Below are positions 19,414 to 28,234 of a stretch of DNA of 64,000 nt, in pieces. Below the pieces are notes generated by a model. It had not been told where the DNA came from. It made no database searches and saw only the letters and a program-made list of their open reading frames with translations. The position numbers and the translations under genes were made by a program. How positions within the stretch are numbered: position 1 is the stretch's first letter; each line of letters opens with the position of its first letter. Source of the DNA: a virus. Location: the IMG/VR virus record IMGVR_UViG_3300044837_000112, positions 1 to 64,000 of that record. One strand, written 5' to 3'.

Positions 19414-19598
19414 TCTGCAAGCCGTGCCGCGAGGCTGGAGATACAAGGGTAATCATCGAGGCAGGCGAACCTATGGGCATCTCGCCTATGGGCTACGCGA
19501 ACCTGGTCAACATGCACAAGAACTGCAATATTCCAGGCAGAGGTTGCGCCTGTCAACATAAAGTTCCGAAGGTAGGTATACAATGGGGGAAGAGCTAG
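19410..19598 (+). CDS. small Cys/His-rich protein
   Basis: ICKPC...H..C...CACQH; GTGA overlap. Confidence 0.55.
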   Translation: MICKPCREAGDTRVIIEAGEPMGISPMGYANLVNMHKNCNIPGRGCACQHKVPKVGIQWGKS

Positions 19599-19816
19599 CA
19601 GGTGATGACAAGCCGATCGAGCGACAGTACGTCGTCGCCGAGATCGCGCTGATCCTCAGCCTCAACGAGGAGACGGTTCGCGTAAAACTGCGGGCCGGTA
19701 ATCTTCGCGGCAAGAACGTGGACGGCATCTGGCGCGTGCCGAAGTCAGAGATCGCTCGCTACCTCGAAGAAGGTAGCTACAAACCGGAGGCCAGCAATGG
19801 AACCAGTAGTAAGTAG
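19583..19816 (+). CDS. Xis/HTH_17 (MerR-like) DNA-binding protein
   Basis: YVVAEIALILSLNEETVRVKLRAGNLRG...WRVPKSEIARYL. Confidence 0.8.
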   Translation: MGEELAGDDKPIERQYVVAEIALILSLNEETVRVKLRAGNLRGKNVDGIWRVPKSEIARYLEEGSYKPEASNGTSSK

Positions 19817-20492
19817 TATCACGCGTCGCCTGCTGCCCGGCGAGACGCCGCTATTCTGGATCGACATCGAGACGACCGGCCTCGATCCGGACGATGACAT
19901 CATCCTGGAAGTCGGCATCCGGATCACCAACCAGAACCTGTTGGAGCTGGCGCGGTACACGACGCTCGTCATGTGCGTGCTGCCGAATACCCTGTCTGCG
20001 ATTGGCCGAGCGAGCCAGTTCGTCAAGGACATGCACTACAAGTCAGGCCTGACGGAGGATATCAAGCAGCTCGGCCTCTCGGAAGCCTCGCATAACTTCT
20101 GGCCGGAGCACTGCGAGCAGGCGATCCTCGGCTTCATCAACGAATTCCTCGGCCGCGTCGACTGGGCGTGGCCGAGGAAGCCGCCGATGTGTGGAAGCTC
20201 GGTCCAGTTCGATCGATCGTTCCTGGCCAAGCACATGCCGATCCTGCACGACTTCTTCGACTACCGGCAGCGCGACGTCTCCTCGGTCAAGGAGTGGTGC
20301 GTCGTTCTCAACCCGAAGATCGCCGCACACCTGAAGGAAGAGGAGGCCGCCTGGGTGAAGGTGCACCGTCCGCAGGCGGACCTCGACGCCAGCATCCGTG
20401 AGATGAAGTTCTACATCGAGGAGTTCCTGCTGGTCGATTCGGTGATCGATATCTACGAGGACCACGACCCGGCGCAACAGCCCCTGTTCTAG
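19797..20492 (+). CDS. orn: oligoribonuclease (DEDDh 3'-5' exonuclease)
   Basis: WIDIETTGLD, MHYKSGL, GSSVQFDRSFL, YRQRDVSSVKE, HRPQADLDASIRE. Confidence 0.88.
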   Translation: MEPVVSSITRRLLPGETPLFWIDIETTGLDPDDDIILEVGIRITNQNLLELARYTTLVMCVLPNTLSAIGRASQFVKDMHYKSGLTEDIKQLGLSEASHNFWPEHCEQAILGFINEFLGRVDWAWPRKPPMCGSSVQFDRSFLAKHMPILHDFFDYRQRDVSSVKEWCVVLNPKIAAHLKEEEAAWVKVHRPQADLDASIREMKFYIEEFLLVDSVIDIYEDHDPAQQPLF

Positions 20493-20506
20493 GTAGGAGA
20501 GCCCCT

Positions 20507-21640
20507 GTGCCAACCCGAGTTGTTTTTGAAACAGGTACCATCGGAGATGTCATCCGAAAAGCCACCCAAGTGGCACCAGCGAAGGTTGGCGCAGCGTTCG
20601 ACTCGGCGGCGGGTCTCGTGTTTGACATCGATCCCGCCGCCGAGGCGAAGTGCGTAGTCCGCGCCACCGACACCTCCCTCTTCTACCTGGAGGTCGTCGA
20701 TGTACTGGAGTGCACCGGCGATGCAGTCCGCTGGCGTCTGCCCTCGCAGTTGCTAGCAGCAGTGGTCGGCGGCATGTCGACAAAGACATCGAAGAACATC
20801 ACCTTCCAGCAGGACGGCAAGAAGGTAGAGATCCTCTCCGGCCGCATGAAGGGCGACCTGATCCCGATCACTGGGATGTCGTATCCTGACTGGAACGTCA
20901 GCGCCGATATCGACCTGGTTACCGCGCCCGACTTCGGTGCCCGCCTGCAGCGAGTCGAGTGGGCTTCGGCTAGCAGTGGCGACAAGAACGAACTGGCACC
21001 GATGGCGGGCGTGCTGGTGAACGGCACCCACCTAGTTGCCACCGACCGCTACAGGGTCGCTCGTGTCCCGTGTGAGATACCACTCGGGGAACCAGTTCTT
21101 ATCCCGGCCAAGACACTCGCATCCCTCACGTCCAGAATGGGTAATGTAAAGGTCGGCTTCGATGGACATCTGTTCGTCGTGATGCCGGACTCATACACCC
21201 AGATAAAGACAGTTGTCATCACGACCGCCTTCCCGAACCTCGCTCCAGTATTCGCCAAGGAATTCACGACCGAGGTCGTCTTTCCAAAGTCGGAACTGAT
21301 CGAGCGGGTTCAGCGGACTGGCGCATTCACCGGCTCCGAGCGGAACCCTATTGTCCAACTGTACCTCGGCCGCGAAGAGATCGCCGTCTACGTGACGAAC
21401 CATGAGATCGGCTCGCTCGGCGATGTCCTCGAAGTGCCCGGCCAAATTGAACACGAGCGGTGCATCATCCGCTTCACGCCCAAGTTTTTGCTGGATGCGC
21501 TGACAAACGCACCGTCCGAGATGGTTACGATAAGGTATGATAACGACCGCGTCCGAGCCACCTCGCCAGTGAAGTTCGAGGCGCCAGGTGGTTACGAGGT
21601 ATGGGTTTCCCCTCGTGCTGAAACTACACCTGCTGCTTAG
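20507..21640 (+). CDS. dnaN: DNA polymerase III beta sliding clamp
   Basis: 377 aa; RATD, LVATDRYRVA, FP, IRFTPKFLLDAL clamp signatures. Confidence 0.85.
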   Translation: MPTRVVFETGTIGDVIRKATQVAPAKVGAAFDSAAGLVFDIDPAAEAKCVVRATDTSLFYLEVVDVLECTGDAVRWRLPSQLLAAVVGGMSTKTSKNITFQQDGKKVEILSGRMKGDLIPITGMSYPDWNVSADIDLVTAPDFGARLQRVEWASASSGDKNELAPMAGVLVNGTHLVATDRYRVARVPCEIPLGEPVLIPAKTLASLTSRMGNVKVGFDGHLFVVMPDSYTQIKTVVITTAFPNLAPVFAKEFTTEVVFPKSELIERVQRTGAFTGSERNPIVQLYLGREEIAVYVTNHEIGSLGDVLEVPGQIEHERCIIRFTPKFLLDALTNAPSEMVTIRYDNDRVRATSPVKFEAPGGYEVWVSPRAETTPAA

Positions 21641-21641
21641 G

Positions 21642-21671
21642 TTGTGCTTTCCGTCCGTTTCACCCTAAGCT
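21642..21671 (+). promoter_or_regulatory. possible promoter for the 21693 gene
   Basis: TTGTGC-18 nt-TAAGCT, then AGGGGG RBS. Confidence 0.35.
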
Positions 21672-21692
21672 GGCGATCACAAAGGGGGCGAG

Positions 21693-22046
21693 ATGGCTAC
21701 GAAATACGATTTCATCCTGAGCAACTCAATCGATGAGGGTTCGGTTTTCAAGTACAGTCTGCCGTTGCCGGTAGCCTATACGAGTGTTAACCTGGCACTC
21801 TACACTGTTGAGATGAAGGTAAAGAATAAGCGTGAGCCGGATGGCGTAATACTGATCGATCTGAGTCCTTATGTCTCGATCGATCCTACTGCGAAAACAG
21901 TGAACATCGTCGTACCATCTAATGTCTTATCGCTTTTGTCTTGGACAAAGGGTGAGTACGACATAACGATCCGGCTGACTGCCGATGCAACCACGCGTAC
22001 GCGTTTGCAGCAAGGCAGTATCACAATAAGCCGTGCTGTCTTCTAA
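21693..22046 (+). CDS. beta-sandwich protein resembling BppU/LtfC-like virion baseplate domains
   Basis: YDF..IDEGS.F...L..YTVEMKVK...W.KGEYDI.I...RL.QG.ITI pattern. Confidence 0.5.
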   Translation: MATKYDFILSNSIDEGSVFKYSLPLPVAYTSVNLALYTVEMKVKNKREPDGVILIDLSPYVSIDPTAKTVNIVVPSNVLSLLSWTKGEYDITIRLTADATTRTRLQQGSITISRAVF

Positions 22047-22052
22047 GGGAGG

Positions 22053-22556
22053 GTGATGGAGTTCAAGGAACTGGACCCGGCCGAGCTTGCCCGCGCCGGG
22101 TTCAACGTCTTTCGACGTAGCACGCAAGGATACTGGCGGGGAGTAGAACTTCCGCCCTGGGAAGACCTCGGCGACGTGACGCGAAATCCCTGGATCGCCT
22201 TCGTCGAGAAGCTGCAGATGCGGATAGCGGATAGTGAAAGCTTCCGTTGGACACTGCTGCGCGCAAAGAGTGAGTTGCGACGCCGCAATGCGCTCGAAGT
22301 TCTCGATCAGATAGACCTGCTGCACGTTCAGGGTACACTCGGAATGGGAGTTGTAAGTGGCTACTGCATCGGATGCGACCTCGTCTGGCCGTGTGAAACT
22401 AAAAGGCTCATCCGAGCGTTTAAAAACCAAGCTACCGTGGCTGCCACAGCCGTGGACGGCGAAGCAGGGGCCAGTGTTCTACCTGGCGGGACGGATGACC
22501 GGCCTGCCGGAGTACAACTACCCTACGTTCAGGAAGGCAAGCGCCCGCCTGCGTGA
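22053..22556 (+). CDS. hypothetical protein with H...CxxC...WPC motif
   Basis: GGGAGG RBS; LHV...YCIGCDLVWPCET. Confidence 0.55.
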   Translation: MMEFKELDPAELARAGFNVFRRSTQGYWRGVELPPWEDLGDVTRNPWIAFVEKLQMRIADSESFRWTLLRAKSELRRRNALEVLDQIDLLHVQGTLGMGVVSGYCIGCDLVWPCETKRLIRAFKNQATVAATAVDGEAGASVLPGGTDDRPAGVQLPYVQEGKRPPA

Positions 22557-22821
22557 ACGCGGTCTGACGGTAGTATCGCCCCATGAGATCGAACTCATCG
22601 GCATCCCACTGGAAAAGCAACACGAGCTAGACCCCGAGCAACTATGGCGGACGATGATGACGGCCGCCATGATTTGCTTGACGCGGTGTAACCAGATTAT
22701 TCTTATGACCGGCTGGAGCGAATCGCGCGGTGCGAGACGCGAACTAGAGTCCGCGTTGACATGCGGGCATGGGTTGTGGTACTATGATCCCGATACCGAC
22801 AATCTGATTGAGGTAAAATAG
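22357..22821 (+). CDS. DUF4406 / nucleoside 2-deoxyribosyltransferase-like protein
   Basis: FYLAGRMTGLPEYNYPTF...VVSP...CNQIILMTGWSESRGARRE. Confidence 0.8.
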   Translation: MATASDATSSGRVKLKGSSERLKTKLPWLPQPWTAKQGPVFYLAGRMTGLPEYNYPTFRKASARLRERGLTVVSPHEIELIGIPLEKQHELDPEQLWRTMMTAAMICLTRCNQIILMTGWSESRGARRELESALTCGHGLWYYDPDTDNLIEVK

Positions 22822-23018
22822 TGCCCAGCGAAGATGACCCGAAGGTCAAGAAGTACGCGGAACTGCCCTGGTCTCCGTTCCACCCGGACATTAAGCCGTC
22901 GGTGACTGGCCAGAAATTTGGCCTCGGTATCGGCATCATTCTCGGTGGAACGGTCAGTATCGTACTACTGCTGCTGGTGCTTAAGCTGATCATCATCGTC
23001 GCCACCTGGGTCTTCTGA
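22821..23018 (+). CDS. small membrane protein
   Basis: long C-terminal hydrophobic stretch. Confidence 0.55.
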   Translation: MPSEDDPKVKKYAELPWSPFHPDIKPSVTGQKFGLGIGIILGGTVSIVLLLLVLKLIIIVATWVF

Positions 23019-23019
23019 A

Positions 23020-23571
23020 ATGCTGATAAAAGACGAAAACTTTATCAAGTGGTACGCGTTAAACCTCAACCCCGAGCCGTGGCGCATTGGCCCGATTGGC
23101 TGGAAGGTCGTCAACGGGCGAAAGATTCCCTTCGTTGCGCCCGATCCTGACCTCAAGAACTACCAAGAAGCAGTCCGCGAACAGTTGGGCTTCCAGCTGG
23201 AACATGGCGGAATTCTGCCGTACGGTGGCTTGGTAAGTCTGCACTTCTTCTTCTGGAGACAGCTCGACTCCTACGAGACCGACGAGAAGAAATCGCAACG
23301 GCATATCGCCGACGCAACGAACATGCAGAAGGCACTCGAGGATGCCCTGCAGGGCACGCTGATCACGAACGACCGGAACGTCCGGCGCATCAGATCTGAC
23401 CTCATCGAACAGACACCGACGACGGTTCCGGCTATCATCATCAAGTTCTCAAGCTATCAGGAACCGTCAATGGGCGAGCTGTGGCGGGAGGCTGACTTCC
23501 CTGCATATGTAACCAAGGTGCTTGCGGAGTTCGCCGAGACGCCGGGCCTGGCATTCGACAACTCACTGTAG
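23020..23571 (+). CDS. rusA: RusA-family Holliday junction resolvase
   Basis: ADATNMQKALEDALQGTLITNDRNV. Confidence 0.8.
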   Translation: MLIKDENFIKWYALNLNPEPWRIGPIGWKVVNGRKIPFVAPDPDLKNYQEAVREQLGFQLEHGGILPYGGLVSLHFFFWRQLDSYETDEKKSQRHIADATNMQKALEDALQGTLITNDRNVRRIRSDLIEQTPTTVPAIIIKFSSYQEPSMGELWREADFPAYVTKVLAEFAETPGLAFDNSL

Positions 23572-23581
23572 GGGAGTAGCA

Positions 23582-24046
23582 ATGCACATTCTGATAATGG
23601 ACAGCGACGAGCACATCCTCGGCAGCAAGAAGTGCTGTGGTGGTGTCTCTGGCAACTGTTCCGAGGAGGGTTGCATCGCCTGGGTGCACTACCAAGCGAT
23701 GTACGGCGGCTACGACGAGGCCTGCGAAGTACACGACATCGCTCGATTCGAAGCTCGACCGGCAAAGCTGCCAGAAGCTGTTAGCGAAACCTTCAGCTTC
23801 GAAGAGTTCCGCGACAAGGGAGTGCTATTCCTGCTCAACACGGCTGTCTTCCATCCTCGCGGTATGGCCGTCGAGTGGGTCTACGACAAGGATGACCGGA
23901 CCGTCCTCGTCGGCTGGCGCGTACGCGGCGACGGCACTGAGGTCTGGAGCTTCATGAAGTCCGATGAACTCGACGACGTCTTCGCGCGGTCGCAGGCGTT
24001 CCTGGAATCACTGATCCGCAAGGTGGAGGTCACCAATGGGAACTGA
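23582..24046 (+). CDS. hypothetical protein
   Basis: GGGGAG RBS; Cys-rich N-part plus EFRDKGVLFLLN..FHPRG. Confidence 0.55.
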   Translation: MHILIMDSDEHILGSKKCCGGVSGNCSEEGCIAWVHYQAMYGGYDEACEVHDIARFEARPAKLPEAVSETFSFEEFRDKGVLFLLNTAVFHPRGMAVEWVYDKDDRTVLVGWRVRGDGTEVWSFMKSDELDDVFARSQAFLESLIRKVEVTNGN

Positions 24047-24497
24047 ACCCGACTTCGAACACGGCGAGCCCGCACCAAAGCCAGGAACTGGTCCATCGAT
24101 GCATGACCTGATCCTGGAAAATATCAAGATGCAACGCTTCATGTCCGAGCAGCATCTTGCAAACGGAGTCGCGCCGATCAACTCGCTGGCGACGCTCGAT
24201 GCTGCAGCGGAGCGTATCAAGCGTCGCAAGGAATACGGCGCGGAGAAGTACAAAACAATCCTCCAGGCAAACAACGGTCGCGACTCCCTCAACGATCTCC
24301 TCGACGAGATGGAAGACGTGCTCGCCTACAGCCGACAGCACGCCGAGGAGTTCGCCCAGTCGGAGATCGTGGATCTGGATGTCTTCAACATGATGCTGGC
24401 GCAGAAGCGTAACGTCTTCCTCCGGCTCCTTGACATCTACCTCGACCTGATAGAGATGAAGATCCTGCAGGAGCCGGCGGTCGATAGTGCCATATGA
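24036..24497 (+). CDS. hypothetical phage protein
   Basis: GGAGG RBS; RRKEYGAEKY..LQANNGRDSL.DL..E..D...Y. Confidence 0.6.
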   Translation: MGTEPDFEHGEPAPKPGTGPSMHDLILENIKMQRFMSEQHLANGVAPINSLATLDAAAERIKRRKEYGAEKYKTILQANNGRDSLNDLLDEMEDVLAYSRQHAEEFAQSEIVDLDVFNMMLAQKRNVFLRLLDIYLDLIEMKILQEPAVDSAI

Positions 24498-25218
24498 CGA
24501 GAACGGCCGGTACCACGACATCTGGTTGGGCGACAGCGCAGAGCTGGCCACGAAGTTCAAGCCAGGAACGATCAACTGTGTCATCACAGATCCACCGTTC
24601 GGCGTCGACAACCAGAGCAACATGGCCGTCACTGCTGCCGGCAAGGCCAACGCACGGAAGATCGCGAACGACGAGTCGCCAGAAGTAGCTATCAAGGTCT
24701 TCAACCAGGTGATGGACGAACTGCTTCCGAGGACCGCCGATAACGCCGACCTCTACATATTCACCGCGCAGCAGGTCCTGAAGGATTGGCTCGGCGTGGC
24801 GGACGAACTAGGCCGTCACGGGTACGCCCGGTGTGCTACATTGGTCTGGGTCAAGGACGGTCCGGGCATGGGCGACCTAGAAACGTGGGGCCAGGGGTAC
24901 GAATTCATCCTGTTCCTCAAGAAGGGCCGACGCCCAAGATCGGACGGAGTCAACCGTCGATCCGGGATTCTGACGTTCCCACAGTTGCGACCTAGCGATC
25001 TCATTCACCCTCACGAGAAGCCAGTGCCGCTTCTTACTGAACTGATCCGATGGTCCACCAATCCTGGTGACTGGATCGTCGATCCTTTTAGTGGGTCCGG
25101 GTCGACGGTACGTGCAGCAAAAGCAAACGGTCGGAACTCGATCGGCATGGAGCTTGATCCCCATAATCATGCCAGGGCACACGAAAAGCTCACGACAGGT
25201 GAGTCAGAACTCTTTTAA
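24487..25218 (+). CDS. beta-class N6-adenine/N4-cytosine DNA methyltransferase
   Basis: ITDPPF (motif IV) precedes HPHEKP and VDPFSGSGST (motif I). Confidence 0.9.
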   Translation: MPYDENGRYHDIWLGDSAELATKFKPGTINCVITDPPFGVDNQSNMAVTAAGKANARKIANDESPEVAIKVFNQVMDELLPRTADNADLYIFTAQQVLKDWLGVADELGRHGYARCATLVWVKDGPGMGDLETWGQGYEFILFLKKGRRPRSDGVNRRSGILTFPQLRPSDLIHPHEKPVPLLTELIRWSTNPGDWIVDPFSGSGSTVRAAKANGRNSIGMELDPHNHARAHEKLTTGESELF

Positions 25219-25230
25219 GGGGACCAGCGC

Positions 25231-25737
25231 ATGGCCGAGCCGCGCAACATTGAACGGAAGCCCTTCGTGATCGTAAGGCCGGTTGATCAGTTCCAAAGGG
25301 CAGGCGAGTTGGATGCTCCAGATCTCACGAAGGCGCGGAAGGTGCATGCCTTCTCTGTGAAGGCGCCCCTCGCGTCCAACGGAAGCACTGTTGATCTGCG
25401 CCCGCAGTCGGTACCGACCGACGTGGATCTGACCGTCCCAAAAGCGACGGAGGTGACGACGCCGACTGTGGACTCGTCTGCGACCGTCAGTGCCTCCTCC
25501 TCCGAGACCGACTCGTCAGAGACTGGGTCCACTCCGGAGCCGAAGGAAGTAGCCCCCCCGAGTTCGCCGTCGGAAAGCCCGGAGACGCCTGCAGTTGTGG
25601 AGAAGGATACTCCCGAGATGGACATGGTGGAACTGCCGGTCTACCCTGTCCTCGAACCGAAGGTGCAGCCAGGGATGGCATTTCCTTCGCTTCCAGCGGT
25701 TCTCACGCTTCCGCCAAAGTCGACAACCCCTTCGTAG
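25231..25737 (+). CDS. low-complexity S/T/P/E-rich protein
   Basis: AGGGG RBS; 168 aa. Confidence 0.5.
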   Translation: MAEPRNIERKPFVIVRPVDQFQRAGELDAPDLTKARKVHAFSVKAPLASNGSTVDLRPQSVPTDVDLTVPKATEVTTPTVDSSATVSASSSETDSSETGSTPEPKEVAPPSSPSESPETPAVVEKDTPEMDMVELPVYPVLEPKVQPGMAFPSLPAVLTLPPKSTTPS

Positions 25738-25751
25738 TTCGCGAACCCTGG

Positions 25752-25979
25752 ATGCTCGAAGCCGCCTGTCCAGGCAAGGCCCTAGTGACAGATGCGAACG
25801 GTAATGTACGTGATATCTTCTTCCCTCGCAAGGGAGAAAGCGCCGACGACGGCATAGCAGTTTGCTTCGTCTGCACAAAGATACCAGAGTGTGACAGTTG
25901 GGCCACCAGGTCCAATGCTCGCCACGGGATCTGGGGTGGTCGGCGTAGGGGAGGTTTAAATGATTCCAAGAACCATTAG
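25752..25979 (+). CDS. whiB: WhiB-family Fe-S transcription regulator
   Basis: AAC...FFP...VCFVC....EC...GIWGG: four Cys plus G[IV]WGG turn. Confidence 0.85.
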   Translation: MLEAACPGKALVTDANGNVRDIFFPRKGESADDGIAVCFVCTKIPECDSWATRSNARHGIWGGRRRGGLNDSKNH

Positions 25980-27120
25980 CGCTACTTCGCTGCAAACCTT
26001 CGTGGAATGTCCGGCGAAGTTCCAGGCGATGATGATTGACCGCGCGGGCACCTTCAGTGGCGACGCTGCGACGCTAGGTAGCTGTCTGCACTCTGTGCTG
26101 GAAGAGTTCGTCAATCCAGTCGACATGGCTGTTGGTAACTGGGACTGGGATAAGATGGAGTTCCTGTGGTTCTCCGCTTGGCTGAAGTTCTTTCCGGGCC
26201 AGCCGCCGCGTGGTGATATCTGGGACGACGGCCTAAAGATTCTGCAAGGTTGGTTTAATCGGACTGGCATGCTACAGGACATCCAAGAGGGCGTCGTCGT
26301 CTCTCGAGAGATTAAGCACTTCTTTCCGGTGCCGTATCTGTACGAAGGCGAGAAAGGCGAAGTCAACTTCAACTACATCATCGACCGGCTCGATCAGATC
26401 GATGACACTACCTGGCGCGTTGTGGACTACAAGTCGCAGCGGATTCCGTGGTCGGCTGAGGAGATGCGGAAGAAGCTGCAGGTCCTCCTCTACGCGTTAG
26501 CCGTCAAGATAGCGCACCCGGAGGCGACGAAGATCTGGGTGCAGTTCGACTTCCTGCGCTCCGGTACCGTCTCGGTGTTGTTCGAGTACGATGACCTGGT
26601 CGACGCCTGGAGACTGGTAAAGACTCTGCTGCAGCAGGTAGTCGACACGGACGTGGACGCTACGCCCGAGCGGCTGAACGAGAACTGTGGCTACTGCGTG
26701 CGCAAGCTGCGCTGTATAACCCTGCTGAAGCACCGGGTCCACGGCATCCTCGGCATGTCGGAGGATGACCTCGCAGCCGCATACCTGGATCTCAAGGATT
26801 CCATCAAGGCCCTCGGTATCCTGAAGGAGGAGATCGAGAATTCCTTCCTAGTAAAGGCGGCGGCGGAGGATATCCTCGACTGGTATACCGAAGAGGGTAT
26901 GCTGATCAAGGTAACGGCGCCGTCGCGGCGCAGCATTAACCGTGACAGGATGTCCGACATCCTCGGCAAAGAACTAATGACAAAGTACGGCCGGATCAAC
27001 GTCGGAGATCTTGATACCCTCCGTGCCGATCCGGCCCTTACCTTTGAACAGAAATCCTTGCTGAACTCTGCAATCGAGATGAAGCAGGGTGAACTGGGAA
27101 TCTCAATCAAGAGGAAGTAG
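25960..27120 (+). CDS. PD-(D/E)xK RecB/Cas4-like exonuclease
   Basis: ISATSL..F.ECP, G..LH, IIDRLD, VDYKS, Q...YA, CGYC....C. Confidence 0.85.
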   Translation: MIPRTISATSLQTFVECPAKFQAMMIDRAGTFSGDAATLGSCLHSVLEEFVNPVDMAVGNWDWDKMEFLWFSAWLKFFPGQPPRGDIWDDGLKILQGWFNRTGMLQDIQEGVVVSREIKHFFPVPYLYEGEKGEVNFNYIIDRLDQIDDTTWRVVDYKSQRIPWSAEEMRKKLQVLLYALAVKIAHPEATKIWVQFDFLRSGTVSVLFEYDDLVDAWRLVKTLLQQVVDTDVDATPERLNENCGYCVRKLRCITLLKHRVHGILGMSEDDLAAAYLDLKDSIKALGILKEEIENSFLVKAAAEDILDWYTEEGMLIKVTAPSRRSINRDRMSDILGKELMTKYGRINVGDLDTLRADPALTFEQKSLLNSAIEMKQGELGISIKRK

Positions 27121-27125
27121 AGTCC

Positions 27126-27554
27126 TCAATAATTCAGCAGTATCGTGAACGTCATGGGAAAGTCGTTCACGGTGATGGTGAACCAGTGATTGGTCCCACC
27201 GGTCACGTAGCCGAGTCGTTGCCAGCCACCTGCACCGGGCACAAGCCAGCCGGACGCGATCACAGACCCAGTGCCACCGGTCGCCGACGTGTACTGGATC
27301 AGCTTGAACGTTGCAGGCTGGTTATCACTTGGCGTGTAGTCCTTGTAGTTGACCTCGCCACAGCTGGGCGACTCCTTGACGCGCGAGTAGAGACCGTTGC
27401 CGGTACCTCCACGCGTGGCCGTGGCGCAGCCTTCCGGCGGTATAACCGTGTGGGGGCTGATAACTCCGACATGGGGCGCAGCCGCCTGGGCGGCGGACAC
27501 TGGCACTGCGATGAGGCCAGCTGCCAGCACGAGTGCAACGAAGAACTTGCGCAT
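27126..27554 (-). CDS. secreted protein
   Basis: Sec signal MRKFFVALVLAAGLIAVPVSAAQA; two Cys; last gene of the late operon. Confidence 0.65.
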   Translation of the reverse strand: MRKFFVALVLAAGLIAVPVSAAQAAAPHVGVISPHTVIPPEGCATATRGGTGNGLYSRVKESPSCGEVNYKDYTPSDNQPATFKLIQYTSATGGTGSVIASGWLVPGAGGWQRLGYVTGGTNHWFTITVNDFPMTFTILLNY

Positions 27555-27566
27555 GCAATTACCTTT

Positions 27567-28061
27567 CTATCGGTGCTTCTTTGACGGACTCGTGGAGGGA
27601 GTAGGACTCGGAATGCGTACTGGCGCGAAGTTGCCGGTGCAGCGGAGGGCCGTACGACCTGCTAGGATTGCCTGGTAGCTCTGGATGTACTGGTCGCGAA
27701 GTGGGCCAGCGGGACGAAGCTCCGGGTGGTAGCCGGTCAGTATTAGATTCCAGACCGGACACAGTACGATGCTCGAAGTGATATCCTGCTGGTGTCGTAC
27801 CTGTTGTTCGACGTTAAACAGGTAGCCGGTCAGTACAACATCGAAAAGGAAACTGATAATCAGCGCAACAGTTGAGTACCAGTTAATCTTACTGCGCTTC
27901 GTCGTGGTCGCTAGCTGGGCCGACATTGCACCCGCCAGCGTTGTCACGATTCCAGTGAGTTGCGCAAGCTCTTGTTTGATGCCACCCGCTTCCTGGGCAA
28001 GCGTCTCGGCCGCCTGGGAGTCATGTACTTCTATAGGCTCGGTCATCTCAACTCCCCCCAT
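27567..28061 (-). CDS. single-TM membrane protein of the lysis cassette
   Basis: TM WYSTVALIISFLFDVVLTGYLF; Cys pair. Confidence 0.6.
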   Translation of the reverse strand: MGGVEMTEPIEVHDSQAAETLAQEAGGIKQELAQLTGIVTTLAGAMSAQLATTTKRSKINWYSTVALIISFLFDVVLTGYLFNVEQQVRHQQDITSSIVLCPVWNLILTGYHPELRPAGPLRDQYIQSYQAILAGRTALRCTGNFAPVRIPSPTPSTSPSKKHR

Positions 28062-28233
28062 GCTTCTTTCGTCTCTCTACCTTGCGTTCTTCTTGTGCCG
28101 CTATCTCTTCTAGCTTGTCTGTGAAGTCGCCGAGACGCCCAGTGAGGTGATCGAGGAGCGCCTTCGTCTCCCGCGAATGGATGACGATCGGATCGTCCTC
28201 TACCGCCAGTGCTGGTCCACGACGCCATGCCAC
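28048..28233 (-). CDS. small coiled-coil protein
   Basis: GTG just after the upstream stop; helical. Confidence 0.4.
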   Translation of the reverse strand: MAWRRGPALAVEDDPIVIHSRETKALLDHLTGRLGDFTDKLEEIAAQEERKVERRKKHGGS

Positions 28234-28234
28234 T

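Noticed and set aside
24487-25218. Restriction-modification system
   Set aside because: No cognate endonuclease is adjacent; this is an orphan phage methyltransferase whose target cannot be read from the sequence.
25960-27120. Cas4 as evidence of a CRISPR system
   Set aside because: Stand-alone Cas4/RecB-like exonucleases are routine phage recombination genes; there is no cas1/cas2 or array.
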